Shown one piece after another: positions 27,279 through 36,326 of a stretch of 57,908 bases of DNA (position 1 is the first letter of the stretch; every line of letters starts with the position of its first letter). The notes beneath the pieces are model-generated. The model made no database searches. It was not told where the DNA came from and saw only the letters and a program-made list of their open reading frames with translations. The stretch is from a virus (Duplodnaviria > Caudoviricetes), in IMG/VR virus record IMGVR_UViG_3300023208_000397, positions 1 through 57,908 of that record; one strand, given 5' to 3'. The position numbers were made by a program, and so were the translations under genes.

Positions 27279-27853
27279 CGCCCCTCTACATCTTCGACCT
27301 TGATGGCACGCTGGCGCTGATTGAGCACAGGCGGCACCTGGTGGATGGGCGGTGCCAGGATTGCAGTGGCGACGGCGGAAGCCCGACGTGGGAGAACACC
27401 GAGGACGGCGGCATGCATACCGCTGGGCGGAATGTGTGTGGAACCTGCGGTGGAACCGGAGAACGCGCGAAGGATTGGCCCGCCTTCTTCGCGGCCTGCA
27501 AGCACGACCAGCCCAACTGGCCGGTGATCAGCGCCATGCACGCGCTGCTGAAGTCGGGCGCCGACGTCCAGATCTGGTCCGGCCGTAGCGCTGTGGTGAT
27601 GAACGAGACGCTAGCCTGGCTGCAGCGTTTCGTGTTCGGTGACGGCTCAGTCGATCCCGAGGAGGTCGGGCTGATGATGCGACGCGAGGGAGACTTCACG
27701 CCGGACGAGCAGCTGAAAGCTGGCTGGCTCGATGAGCTCAGCGAGTTTGACCGTCGGCGCCTGGTGGCGGTATTTGATGACCGGCAGAAGGTGGTTGATA
27801 TGTGGCGGGCCAAGGGCGTGGCCTGCTTCCAGGTGGCGCCGGGCGAGTTCTGA
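27275..27853 (+). CDS. HAD-family phosphatase (PNKP 3'-phosphatase-like) with a zinc-ribbon insert
   Basis: IFDLDGTL, WSGR, MRREGD.TPD..LK and FDDR.KVV.MWR motifs. Confidence 0.85.
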   Translation: MTPLYIFDLDGTLALIEHRRHLVDGRCQDCSGDGGSPTWENTEDGGMHTAGRNVCGTCGGTGERAKDWPAFFAACKHDQPNWPVISAMHALLKSGADVQIWSGRSAVVMNETLAWLQRFVFGDGSVDPEEVGLMMRREGDFTPDEQLKAGWLDELSEFDRRRLVAVFDDRQKVVDMWRAKGVACFQVAPGEF

Positions 27854-27856
27854 GCC

Positions 27857-27876
27857 CGTACCAAGGCTGGCACCCT
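27857..27876 (+). promoter_or_regulatory. Late-promoter motif copy 3
   Basis: CGTACCAAGGCTGGCACCCT, intergenic. Confidence 0.7.
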
Positions 27877-27998
27877 GGCCCTTCCATTCAACTCGGGAGG
27901 GCCGCCATGGGCGCCAAGCTGCAGCTGCATCACATCCCAGGCGCGGTCGGGGGCTTCCGCCTCCACGCCATCAGCTTCGCGATCCTGCTGGCCTGGCC

Positions 27999-28271
27999 AT
28001 GAGCGCCGAGCAGGCCGAGGCCTCGGCCCAGCCACTGTCGAAGAAGGAAGCCCGCAAGCTGCAGGGCTTCGAGCTCTCGCCCGCGCGCTGCCTGAACTGC
28101 GCCCGCTTTGACCCGCCGCGCCACGGCGTGCCGCCCATGGACGGCCGGCCGGGCCAGGCCTACAAGCCGCCGCAGTGCGGCCTCGGTGGGTTCCAGGTCA
28201 AGCCCAGCTCCATCTGTGACGAGTGGCAGGGCAAGGGCGGGGAGACGCTGGAGGGGCCCGGCGGTGAATAA
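27999..28271 (+). CDS. Small Cys4 zinc-binding protein
   Basis: CLNC...C.LGGF.V.....CDEW. Confidence 0.65.
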   Translation: MSAEQAEASAQPLSKKEARKLQGFELSPARCLNCARFDPPRHGVPPMDGRPGQAYKPPQCGLGGFQVKPSSICDEWQGKGGETLEGPGGE

Positions 28272-28482
28272 CCCCAAGGTCATCGAGCTGCCGGCCAGCA
28301 CCAGCTTCAGGCCCGAGCAGGCGCTGCACTCGGCGCTGGCCTGCGAGCTCACCGATGTGCTGGTCATCGGCTACGACGCCCAGGGCGAGCTCGTGATCCG
28401 CAGCTCGCAGATGACGCGCGCCGAGGCGCTGTTCATGGCCGAGGCGGCGCGGGAGTGGGCGTTGCGCGGAGGGCTTACATAG
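28264..28482 (+). CDS. Small conserved phage protein
   Basis: GGAGG RBS; LTDVLVIGYD..G.L..RSS. Confidence 0.65.
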   Translation: MNNPKVIELPASTSFRPEQALHSALACELTDVLVIGYDAQGELVIRSSQMTRAEALFMAEAAREWALRGGLT

Positions 28483-29264
28483 TGCGGGCTCGCCGAGATC
28501 AAGCCATTGAGGGCGTTGTCTATCGCATTCACTGCCGGCCGAATGGGCGTTTCTACATCGGGTCGAGCATGGCTGTTGGCCGGCGTTGGTACCGGCACAA
28601 GCTGGATCTGGCTGCTGGGCGCCACCACAGCCCGAAGCTCCAGGCCGCATGGAACAAGTATGGTGCGGAGGCTTTCGAGTTCAGCATCGTTGAGCGTGCT
28701 ACTGGGCTTGCTGCGTTGCTTATGGCTGAGCAGCGGCATATCGATGCCGCTGGGGAGCAAGCGCTGAACTGCGCAAAGAGGGCGGGCTCTCCTTTCGGTG
28801 TGGTGAGGACCAGTTCACAGCGAGCGGCAATTTCTGCTGCAAAGCTGGCGTTCTACAAAACGGACGCCGGTCGCTCCGCAATCGAAGCGCGCCGAGCGAA
28901 GGTTGTTGGGCGCGTCCAGTCGCCCGAAGAACGCGCCAGGCGGTCAGCAGCTCTGAAGGGGAGGGGCTGTGGGCGCATATGGACCGCCGAGCAGCGTGCC
29001 GCCCACGCACTTGCACTGACTGGGAGAAAGATGCCGCCAGTGAGCGAGGAAACGAGGGCAAGGATCTCGGCGGCGAAGAAGGGAAAGAGCAGATCGCCGG
29101 CGGCTGTAGCCGCGTCGGTTCAGGCCAGGATCGCATGGATCGAGCATGAGGTTTCAGACTGGCTTGTCATGCGGAAGGAGGGGCTTAGCTACAGAGAGAT
29201 AGAGCGGCGCACAGGCCGGTGTCGCCAGGTTGTGGCGCGCGAGTGCACGAAGAGGGGCGCATGA
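28482..29264 (+). CDS. GIY-YIG homing endonuclease with NUMOD3-like repeats
   Basis: GVVYRI....NGRFYIGSS...R...H; SPEERARRSAALKG and SEETRARISAAKKG repeats. Confidence 0.88.
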   Translation: MRARRDQAIEGVVYRIHCRPNGRFYIGSSMAVGRRWYRHKLDLAAGRHHSPKLQAAWNKYGAEAFEFSIVERATGLAALLMAEQRHIDAAGEQALNCAKRAGSPFGVVRTSSQRAAISAAKLAFYKTDAGRSAIEARRAKVVGRVQSPEERARRSAALKGRGCGRIWTAEQRAAHALALTGRKMPPVSEETRARISAAKKGKSRSPAAVAASVQARIAWIEHEVSDWLVMRKEGLSYREIERRTGRCRQVVARECTKRGA

Positions 29265-30844
29265 CTGGAGAACTCACTGTGGAGCAGTTGGCGGAGATCC
29301 TTGATGACCCAATCAAGCGCCTGAGCACTCTCTACAAGATCGTCACGAAGGGGGATGGCGACGGCGCCGACGACCTGGTGGTGCAGTTCAAGCCCAACCG
29401 GGCCCAGCGCCGGCTGCTCGCCAGACTCTGGCACCGCAACATCATCCTGAAGGCGCGCCAGCTCGGCTTCACCACGCTGATCTGCATCCTCTGGCTCGAC
29501 ACCGCGCTCTTCAGCAAGGACCCGATCCGCTGCGGCATCATCGCCCAGGACAAGGAAGCGGCGGAGGCGATCTTCCGCGGTAAGGTGAAGTTCGCATACG
29601 ACCAGCTACCCGAGAGCCTGAAGGAGAAGTTCCCGCTCTCCAAGGCCACGGCCTCGGAGCTGGAGTTCGGCCACAACGGCGCGAGCATCCGCGTCGCGAC
29701 CTCGATGCGCTCGGGCACCATCCACCGGCTGCTGATCAGCGAGTTCGGCAAGATCTGCGCGAAGTACCCGGACAAGGCCCGGGAGGTCGTCACCGGCTCG
29801 ATCCCCGCGGTGCCCGACAGCGGCATCGCGGTCATCGAGTCCACGGCCGAGGGCCAGGAGGGCGACTTCTACAAGATGACCCAGCTGGCCATTGCCGCGA
29901 TGGAGCAGGGCAAGCCGCTGACGCGCAAGAGCTGGCTCTTCCACTTCTTCGCCTGGTGGCAGGACCCGAACTACACGCTGCACGACGAGAGCGTGGAGTT
30001 CACCGAGGCGGACCTGACCTACTTCAACGAGGTCGAGGCCAAGATCGGGCGCACGCTCACCGATGACCAGTGGACCTGGTATGTGGTGACCCGCGAGCAG
30101 CTGTTCGCCGGTGACGCGCCGCTGATGTGGCAGGAGTACCCGAGCTTCCCGGCCGAGGCCTTCCAGGTCAGCACCCAGGGCTGCTACTACTCCACGCAGC
30201 TGTCGCGCGCGCGCCTGCAGCGCCGGATCCGCAAGCAGCTGCCGCAGGCTTCGGCGCCCGTGAACACCTTCTGGGACATCGGGCGCGGCGACATGACCGC
30301 GATCTGGTTCCACCAGCGCGTCGGGCCCGAGAACCGGTTCATCCGCTACTACGAGGCCAGCGGCGAGGACCTCGTGCATTTCACGACCTACATGCAGGGC
30401 CTGGGCCTCGTCTTCGGCCGCCACTACCTGCCGCACGAGGCGAGCCACAAGCGCATGGGGAAGACGCCGGACACGAACCAGTCGCTCAAGGAGATGCTGG
30501 AGGAGCTGATGCCCGGCCAGCGCTTCGAGGTCGTGCCACGCGTCACCTCGGTCACGGCTGGCATCCAGGCCACGCGCAACGCGTTCGCGAGTTGCTGGTT
30601 TGATGAGACGGGGTGCAAGGATGGGCTGGCCCGCCTCGGCAACTACCGGAAGGTCTGGGACAAGGTCAACGGTTGCTGGAAAGACGAGCCGCGGCACGAC
30701 GACAACAGCCACGGCAGCGACGCCTTCCGGCAGTTTGGCCAGGTGGCGGAGGCCGGCGAGGTCTTCATGTCCTCGGTGGCGCCGCCGCCGCGGGCTCCTG
30801 GTACCGGGTTCGTGCGCCGGCGCGGGTCGCCGATGGCGGCCTGA
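29261..30844 (+). CDS. terL: Terminase large subunit
   Basis: ILKARQLGFTT, ESTAEG, WDIG, YLPH and SHGSDAFR motifs. Confidence 0.95.
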   Translation: MTGELTVEQLAEILDDPIKRLSTLYKIVTKGDGDGADDLVVQFKPNRAQRRLLARLWHRNIILKARQLGFTTLICILWLDTALFSKDPIRCGIIAQDKEAAEAIFRGKVKFAYDQLPESLKEKFPLSKATASELEFGHNGASIRVATSMRSGTIHRLLISEFGKICAKYPDKAREVVTGSIPAVPDSGIAVIESTAEGQEGDFYKMTQLAIAAMEQGKPLTRKSWLFHFFAWWQDPNYTLHDESVEFTEADLTYFNEVEAKIGRTLTDDQWTWYVVTREQLFAGDAPLMWQEYPSFPAEAFQVSTQGCYYSTQLSRARLQRRIRKQLPQASAPVNTFWDIGRGDMTAIWFHQRVGPENRFIRYYEASGEDLVHFTTYMQGLGLVFGRHYLPHEASHKRMGKTPDTNQSLKEMLEELMPGQRFEVVPRVTSVTAGIQATRNAFASCWFDETGCKDGLARLGNYRKVWDKVNGCWKDEPRHDDNSHGSDAFRQFGQVAEAGEVFMSSVAPPPRAPGTGFVRRRGSPMAA

Positions 30845-30851
30845 TCTGGCC

Positions 30852-31094
30852 ATGGCCGGGCGCTCCAACTGCCTGATCTGGGCCATGGCGCTCTACCTGC
30901 GCAGGCGGCGCAAGGGCGACGAGGTCTATCTGGCGGTCAGGCGCAGCCGCTGGGGGCGGTTTCCCCACGCGCTTGTGATGCGTCGGTGTGCCGATGGCCG
31001 CTTCAGGGCCGTGAGCTACAAGCCGGTGGATCCGCGCGCGAGATCCTGCCCGCCGCCTCTTTTCAGAGGGGCGAGCAGGTGGGGGGACCTGTAG
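30852..31094 (+). CDS. Small hypothetical protein
   Basis: SNCLIWA...R.SRWG.FPH...PPLFRG; directly follows terL. Confidence 0.55.
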   Translation: MAGRSNCLIWAMALYLRRRRKGDEVYLAVRRSRWGRFPHALVMRRCADGRFRAVSYKPVDPRARSCPPPLFRGASRWGDL

Positions 31095-31317
31095 GTCCTG
31101 GAGCGCAGCGAGGCCTATGCGCGGTCGATCTGTGCCAATGGGCCGCCATGGCCCAGGCCCTGGTGCGGATGTGGCCTGGCGCCCGTCAGCTCTTGTCCGG
31201 CGAAGCTGCTCAGCCCGGGCAAGTCCAGCCGGCCCAGCCCGCGCTCCCCGGCCTGGAGGTCAGCGAGTCCACATGGGCCGAGTGGGAGGCCGCGGCCGCT
31301 GAGCGGCTGCACTGAGG

Positions 31318-31722
31318 CTACTTTCCCTTTCCAGCACCCGCCGGCCAGTCGCCGCCCAACTCAGGCCCCATGCCATCGCTCAGGACCTCGTGCGCCTCCT
31401 CGGGAGAGAAGGGGCGCATCAGCCAGCTCTGCAGGTAGGCCGGCTCGTACAGCGGCTCATCCTTTGGGCGCTCGAACCCGGTCACCGTCCAGACGGACGC
31501 CTTGGCATAGATAAGCGTCGCATCCACCAGCGGCGGCAGCAGATCCGGCGCCCAGGCCTGGTGCCCGAGCGGGCGCAGCCGCGCCACCCGCACTCTGCGG
31601 CAGGTTTCCCGGTCCGATTCCTCTTCCAGGACGAACTCTCCCGGCACGCCGGGCAAGCGCACGACGTGGTGCCGCGGGATGACGCGGCCCTTCTCACGGA
31701 GGCGGTGAACGTGGAAAAGCAT
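31318..31722 (-). CDS. SOS-regulated hypothetical protein
   Basis: ATG lies 1 nt from a LexA box; LLPPL.DA.L...TGFER...Y.QSW. Confidence 0.7.
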   Translation of the reverse strand: MLFHVHRLREKGRVIPRHHVVRLPGVPGEFVLEEESDRETCRRVRVARLRPLGHQAWAPDLLPPLVDATLIYAKASVWTVTGFERPKDEPLYEPAYLQSWLMRPFSPEEAHEVLSDGMGPELGGDWPAGAGKGK

Positions 31723-31723
31723 A

Positions 31724-31739
31724 CTGTATAAATATACAG
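31724..31739. promoter_or_regulatory. LexA (SOS) box
   Basis: CTGTATAAATATACAG, a near-consensus CTGT-N8-ACAG in otherwise GC-rich DNA. Confidence 0.9.
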
Positions 31740-31776
31740 CTTTCGGCCGTGCCGCAAGTTTTGGCCGGCTCATTCC

Positions 31777-31796
31777 CGTGCCAAGGCTGGCAGATT
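31777..31796 (+). promoter_or_regulatory. Late-promoter motif copy 4
   Basis: CGTGCCAAGGCTGGCAGATT, upstream of the portal operon. Confidence 0.75.
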
Positions 31797-31820
31797 CCCC
31801 GCAACTTCTGGGGCTGCCAC

Positions 31821-32270
31821 ATGGGTGTTTCTCTCGACCTGCGCAAAGCGCATCTCTCCCGTGTCCACGGCGACATCACGGCCGTGCTGACCTGGGTCAA
31901 TGACTCCCGCGCCATGGTCCTGATCCCGACGCTGCGCCGGGATGCGGGCTGGTACATCGTTGACGACTCGGCGGCCTACCGTTGGAACATCAACGCCATC
32001 GACTCGGTGGAGCGCGCCCAGGCCATGGCCCACGCCGATCAGCAGTCGCGCATCGCGTGCACGATGCTGGGCATTGAGCCCAGCCTGCGCAATCGGGCCC
32101 GCCTGGTCAACATCGTCACCGACATGCTGCCCGAGCTGGTGAGCATGCCCAGCGCGCCGATGCCCGAGTACCTGAAGGGGGCTGTCGGCCAGATGATCCT
32201 GAAGGCCGATGGCCAGGCCGTCGCCGGCGAGGACATCCGGATCGAGCGAGAGGGCGCGCAGTATGCGTGA
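31821..32270 (+). CDS. Conserved hypothetical protein upstream of the portal
   Basis: Strong codon bias; overlaps the portal start. Confidence 0.75.
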   Translation: MGVSLDLRKAHLSRVHGDITAVLTWVNDSRAMVLIPTLRRDAGWYIVDDSAAYRWNINAIDSVERAQAMAHADQQSRIACTMLGIEPSLRNRARLVNIVTDMLPELVSMPSAPMPEYLKGAVGQMILKADGQAVAGEDIRIEREGAQYA

Positions 32271-34653
32271 CGCGCTCGACGCGCGCCCGGTGCGCGGCCG
32301 GGCCCCGGGTGACCAGTACGACCGCCAGATGGAGGAGGCCGCCGCGTCGACGGCCGTGGCCACCGTGGAGGCCCACCCGCTGGACAGCGAGGCCAATCGC
32401 AAGATCCACCGCCAGCTGCTGCAGTGGTTCTACCTGGAGCGCGAGCTGCAGGCCGCGAACCGGCTCGAGATGGCGATGGACGCCGACGCCTACGACAACG
32501 AGCAGTGGGATCCGCAGGATGCGGCCATCGTCCGCGAGCGCGGCCAGATGCCTCTCGTCTACAACGAGGTGGCGCCGATGGCCGACTGGATCATCGGCAC
32601 CGAGCGTCGCACCCGCATCGACTGGCGCGTGCTCCCGCGAACCGAGGACGACGTCAAGCTCGCGGACACCAAGACCAAGGTCCTCAAGTACGTCAGCGAC
32701 ATCAACCGAGTGCAGTTCAACCGCAGCCGCGCCTTCGCCGATGCGATCAAGGCCGGTGTCGGCTGGGTCGATGACGGTGTGCGCGATGACCCGACGAAGG
32801 ACATCCTGTACTCGAAATACGAGGACTGGCGCAATGTCCTGTGGGACTCCAAGTCCTACGACCTGGACCTGGATGACGCCCGCTACGTGTTCCGCTGGCG
32901 CTGGGTGGACGTCGATGTCGCGCTGATGATCTGCCCGGACCGCAAGGCCCAGATCCTGGCCGCCGCCGAAGATGCGGCCACCTGGGGTGATGCCGATGTG
33001 GATGGCGACGAGTTCTCGACGCCGCTGGACCGCGAGATCAGCCGCTCGGGAGCGCTGCGCGCCCAGGGCGCTGGCGTGATCGTGGATGCCCAGCGCCGCC
33101 GGGTCCGTCTCATCGAGGCCCAGTACCGCATGCCGGTCAAGGTGAGCGTGGTGCGCGACGGCCCGTTCCGCGGGTCAATCCTGACGCCCCACGACCAGAT
33201 CCTGGCCGACAACGTCGGGCGCCTGGGCTCCAGCATCGTGGACCGGGTGATGATGCGCACCCACATTGCGCTCTTCACGGAGGGGGCGCTGCTGAGCAAC
33301 GAGCCGTCGATCTACCGGCACAACAAGTTCAGCCTGACCCCGATCTGGTGCTACCGCCGCGGCCGCGACCGACTGCCCTATGGCGTGATCCGGCGTGTGC
33401 GCGACATCCAGATGGATCTGAACAAGCGCGCGAGCAAGGCGCTGTTCATGCTCAACAGCAACCAGATCATCGCGGACGAGGGAGCCGTGGAGAGCTGGGA
33501 CGTCGCCCGCGAGGAGGCCGACCGGCCCGATGGCGTGATCGTCAAGAAGCAGGGCAAGGAGTTCGCGATCCGGCGCGACACTGATGCCGCGACCGGCCAG
33601 GTCCAGATGATGACCCTGGACGCCCAGAGCATCCAGAAATCTGGCGGCGTCAACGACGAGAACCTGGGCCGCCAGACCAATGCGGTCAGCGGCGAGGCCA
33701 TCCGGGCCCGCCAACTGCAGGGCAGCGTCTCCACCACCGAGCCCTTCGACAATCTGCGCTTCGGCACCCAGGCCCAGGGCGAGAAGCAGCTGAGCCTGAC
33801 CGAGCAGTTCTACACCGAGGAGAAGGTGGTGCGCCTGACGGGCGCCCAGGGCGCCATCGAGTGGGTCCGGATCAACCAGCCGGAGCAGCAGACCGATGGC
33901 TCGGTCCGCTTCTTGAACGACATCACGGCCAGCCAGGCGGACTTCATCGTCACCGAGCAGGACTATGCGGGCACGCTGCGTCAGGTGATGTTCGAGGCAC
34001 TGCGCGACATGGCCCAGCGCCTGCCCCCTGAGATCTCGCTGCGGCTGATGACCATTGCCATGCAGTTCTCGGACCTCCCGAACAAGGACCTGATCGCCGA
34101 CCAGATTCGCCGCCTGACCGGCGAGCGTGATCCTGAGAAGGAGCAGTCGCCCGAGGAGCTGGTCGCCGCCGAGCGGCAGGCCCAGCAGCAGGCCGAGGCT
34201 CTGGAGTTCCAGCGCCAGCAGGCCATGGGCACGCTCGAGGAGCAGCGCGCCAAGGTCCGGGAGATCAATGCCCGGGCCGCCAAGCTGGAAGCCGAGGCCA
34301 TGGCCGCCGGCGCAGGGCAGGGCAGCGAGCAGGCCGGGCAGATCGAGGCCGCGGTGCGGCAGGTGCAAGAGCAGGCCGCCCAGCAGATCGAGCGGCTCAG
34401 CGAGCAGCTGCGCGTCGCCCAGAACGATGCCGCGATCCGCGTGCGGCAGATCAACAAGGACGCGGACACGAAGCTGGAGCTGGCGGCCATCGAGCGCGAC
34501 ACCAAGCTCCGCGTCGCCGAGATCCAGGCCGCCAGCGATGAGCGCATCGCCAAGCTGCAGGCCCGGCTCGAAACCCTGGAGAACATCGCGCAGGACGCGC
34601 GCGGCGCCGGCCCGGCCGGCAGTGAAACTGAACCTGGAGAAGCCAATGGCTGA
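32263..34653 (+). CDS. Portal protein (P22/N4-like)
   Basis: YDNEQW, RGQ.PLVYN, AGVGW, PYG.IR..RD.Q.DLNKR.SK and SGEAI.ARQ.QG motifs; coiled-coil C-terminus. Confidence 0.92.
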   Translation: MRDALDARPVRGRAPGDQYDRQMEEAAASTAVATVEAHPLDSEANRKIHRQLLQWFYLERELQAANRLEMAMDADAYDNEQWDPQDAAIVRERGQMPLVYNEVAPMADWIIGTERRTRIDWRVLPRTEDDVKLADTKTKVLKYVSDINRVQFNRSRAFADAIKAGVGWVDDGVRDDPTKDILYSKYEDWRNVLWDSKSYDLDLDDARYVFRWRWVDVDVALMICPDRKAQILAAAEDAATWGDADVDGDEFSTPLDREISRSGALRAQGAGVIVDAQRRRVRLIEAQYRMPVKVSVVRDGPFRGSILTPHDQILADNVGRLGSSIVDRVMMRTHIALFTEGALLSNEPSIYRHNKFSLTPIWCYRRGRDRLPYGVIRRVRDIQMDLNKRASKALFMLNSNQIIADEGAVESWDVAREEADRPDGVIVKKQGKEFAIRRDTDAATGQVQMMTLDAQSIQKSGGVNDENLGRQTNAVSGEAIRARQLQGSVSTTEPFDNLRFGTQAQGEKQLSLTEQFYTEEKVVRLTGAQGAIEWVRINQPEQQTDGSVRFLNDITASQADFIVTEQDYAGTLRQVMFEALRDMAQRLPPEISLRLMTIAMQFSDLPNKDLIADQIRRLTGERDPEKEQSPEELVAAERQAQQQAEALEFQRQQAMGTLEEQRAKVREINARAAKLEAEAMAAGAGQGSEQAGQIEAAVRQVQEQAAQQIERLSEQLRVAQNDAAIRVRQINKDADTKLELAAIERDTKLRVAEIQAASDERIAKLQARLETLENIAQDARGAGPAGSETEPGEANG

Positions 34654-36073
34654 GCGCGTCAATCGAAATGTGGAGTGGGTCACCAACGACAACGGCGACG
34701 TTGTCGGCTATCAGCGCAAGCCCGGCGACGTGGTGTCGTTGGGCTCGGTGTCAGGGGCTGGGATTCGCACGCTGACGCTTGAAACTGCGCTGCAATCATC
34801 CATCCTGGATCAGTTGCCGAATGGAACCTACATCGGCACTGCCAATCTGCCGGAGTCGGTCGGCTTTTATGGCTCAAAGCTCTTCCTGGCCAGCGGCAAC
34901 CTGTCTGCGCTGACACAGGTCGGCCAGGACGCCACTCTGGCATCGGCCCTCAAGACCAGTGCTGGGGCGACCATCACGAACGGCACCGTCACGGGCGCCT
35001 GGGCGCTTCCGGATGGCAATGTGCTATTCACGGTTCGATCAAATGGCGGCGGAACGTCCGGCAAAGAGTACCTCTACTACGGCAAGGTCGCGGCCGGTGC
35101 AATCAATGCGGCCACAATGACCGTGGGCAACAACGCCGCCACGTATGACAACGGAAACGCCGTGCTTGACATCGGCAACAAGAGCGGCGTTCACCCGGCT
35201 GGAATTCGAATCTTGCACAGCCGCAGCATCTGTGTCGCCACTATCGCTGGCAGCACGGTGCTCTTCCTCAACGAGTACAACGTGGCGGGTGGGCGAGTAC
35301 CCGGCAGCACGAACGACCAGTGCCGCGTCTGGCGCTCCAACGACCTGGGAAAAACCTGGTCGATTTTCATGGAGTTCAACACCAACGGGACCACGACGCA
35401 GGTTCGGCATGGTCACGGCGTCGTGCAGGACCCGGCTACCGGCTACGTGTACTTCTTGTTCGGTGATGACCCGACGAGCGGGATCATCCGCTGGGACGGA
35501 TCTGCTGCTGCGCCTCCGGCAAACACCCCCATGCCCGACTACAACAAGTACGCGGGATGGCATGCCTTGGCCAGGCTGGATGCGCGAACCGACGACTATC
35601 GGACGGGTGACCTCGTGTTCAGCGGCGACATCGGCGGGTACCTGACAGACCGGGCGAACAGCCAGACATTCTGGCCTTCCACGGCTGTCTCCCGTTACGG
35701 CCAGATGGCTGCTACTAAGGGGCGCGCTGCTGATTTGAGTGCTGTGCGCGACCCACTCATTGGCCTTGCAGTGCCCGGCGGCGGTGCATTCTGGCTTTCG
35801 ATGTGGGATACCAGCATTGGCGGAACCCGTGGCTTTGATGTCTGGTCATCGCCTGATCTGCGCTCCTGGACCAAGATCGGCTTCTTGCCTGATGTCGGAT
35901 CGTCCGGATCCGTGGGCGTGCTCTTCAATGCATTTTGGTCCAGTGAAAACAAGATCGTGATCAGCATCGCCAATGCAGCCGCAAAGCTGGTGGCCGGCTC
36001 AAACAGCTACGGAGGCACTCTGGTGATGAATGCCGACGCCTTCTTTGACGGCACTCAGAAGGCCTTGGCCTGA
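34646..36073 (+). CDS. Putative virion protein: short N-terminal anchor plus a BNR/Asp-box beta-propeller domain
   Basis: GGAG RBS and overlap with the portal; Asp-boxes RSNDLGKTW and SSPDLRSW; RHGHGVVQDP. Confidence 0.75.
   Translation: MAERVNRNVEWVTNDNGDVVGYQRKPGDVVSLGSVSGAGIRTLTLETALQSSILDQLPNGTYIGTANLPESVGFYGSKLFLASGNLSALTQVGQDATLASALKTSAGATITNGTVTGAWALPDGNVLFTVRSNGGGTSGKEYLYYGKVAAGAINAATMTVGNNAATYDNGNAVLDIGNKSGVHPAGIRILHSRSICVATIAGSTVLFLNEYNVAGGRVPGSTNDQCRVWRSNDLGKTWSIFMEFNTNGTTTQVRHGHGVVQDPATGYVYFLFGDDPTSGIIRWDGSAAAPPANTPMPDYNKYAGWHALARLDARTDDYRTGDLVFSGDIGGYLTDRANSQTFWPSTAVSRYGQMAATKGRAADLSAVRDPLIGLAVPGGGAFWLSMWDTSIGGTRGFDVWSSPDLRSWTKIGFLPDVGSSGSVGVLFNAFWSSENKIVISIANAAAKLVAGSNSYGGTLVMNADAFFDGTQKALA
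34752..34763 (+). repeat. Left putative recombination site CAGGGGCTGGGA (inside the CDS, encodes SGAG)
   Basis: Inverted match (11/12) to 37187-37198; codon usage changes just after it. Confidence 0.6.
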
Positions 36074-36101
36074 TTCACCCGACCAAGCGAGGCAAAAAAA
36101 T

Positions 36102-36326
36102 ATGAAGGAAGTAGCTGATCTGAAGGCGGCGCACGAGATCCTGGAGCGAGACGAGAAGGCTGGAAGGGAGGGCTCGGGCTGGGAGTTCTTCTGCGAGCGT
36201 CTTGCAGACATCGATTTGCGCAAGGTGCTGGTCTACATCGAAACATTGGAGACAGAGGTCGCGTTGGCTCGGGAGCATCGGAGTCCCTTGGGGGCCGCTC
36301 AACCTAAGGCTAGCCCCGATGCTTGA
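36102..36326 (+). CDS. Small hypothetical protein
   Basis: GAGG RBS upstream of ATG 36102. Confidence 0.5.
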   Translation: MKEVADLKAAHEILERDEKAGREGSGWEFFCERLADIDLRKVLVYIETLETEVALAREHRSPLGAAQPKASPDA

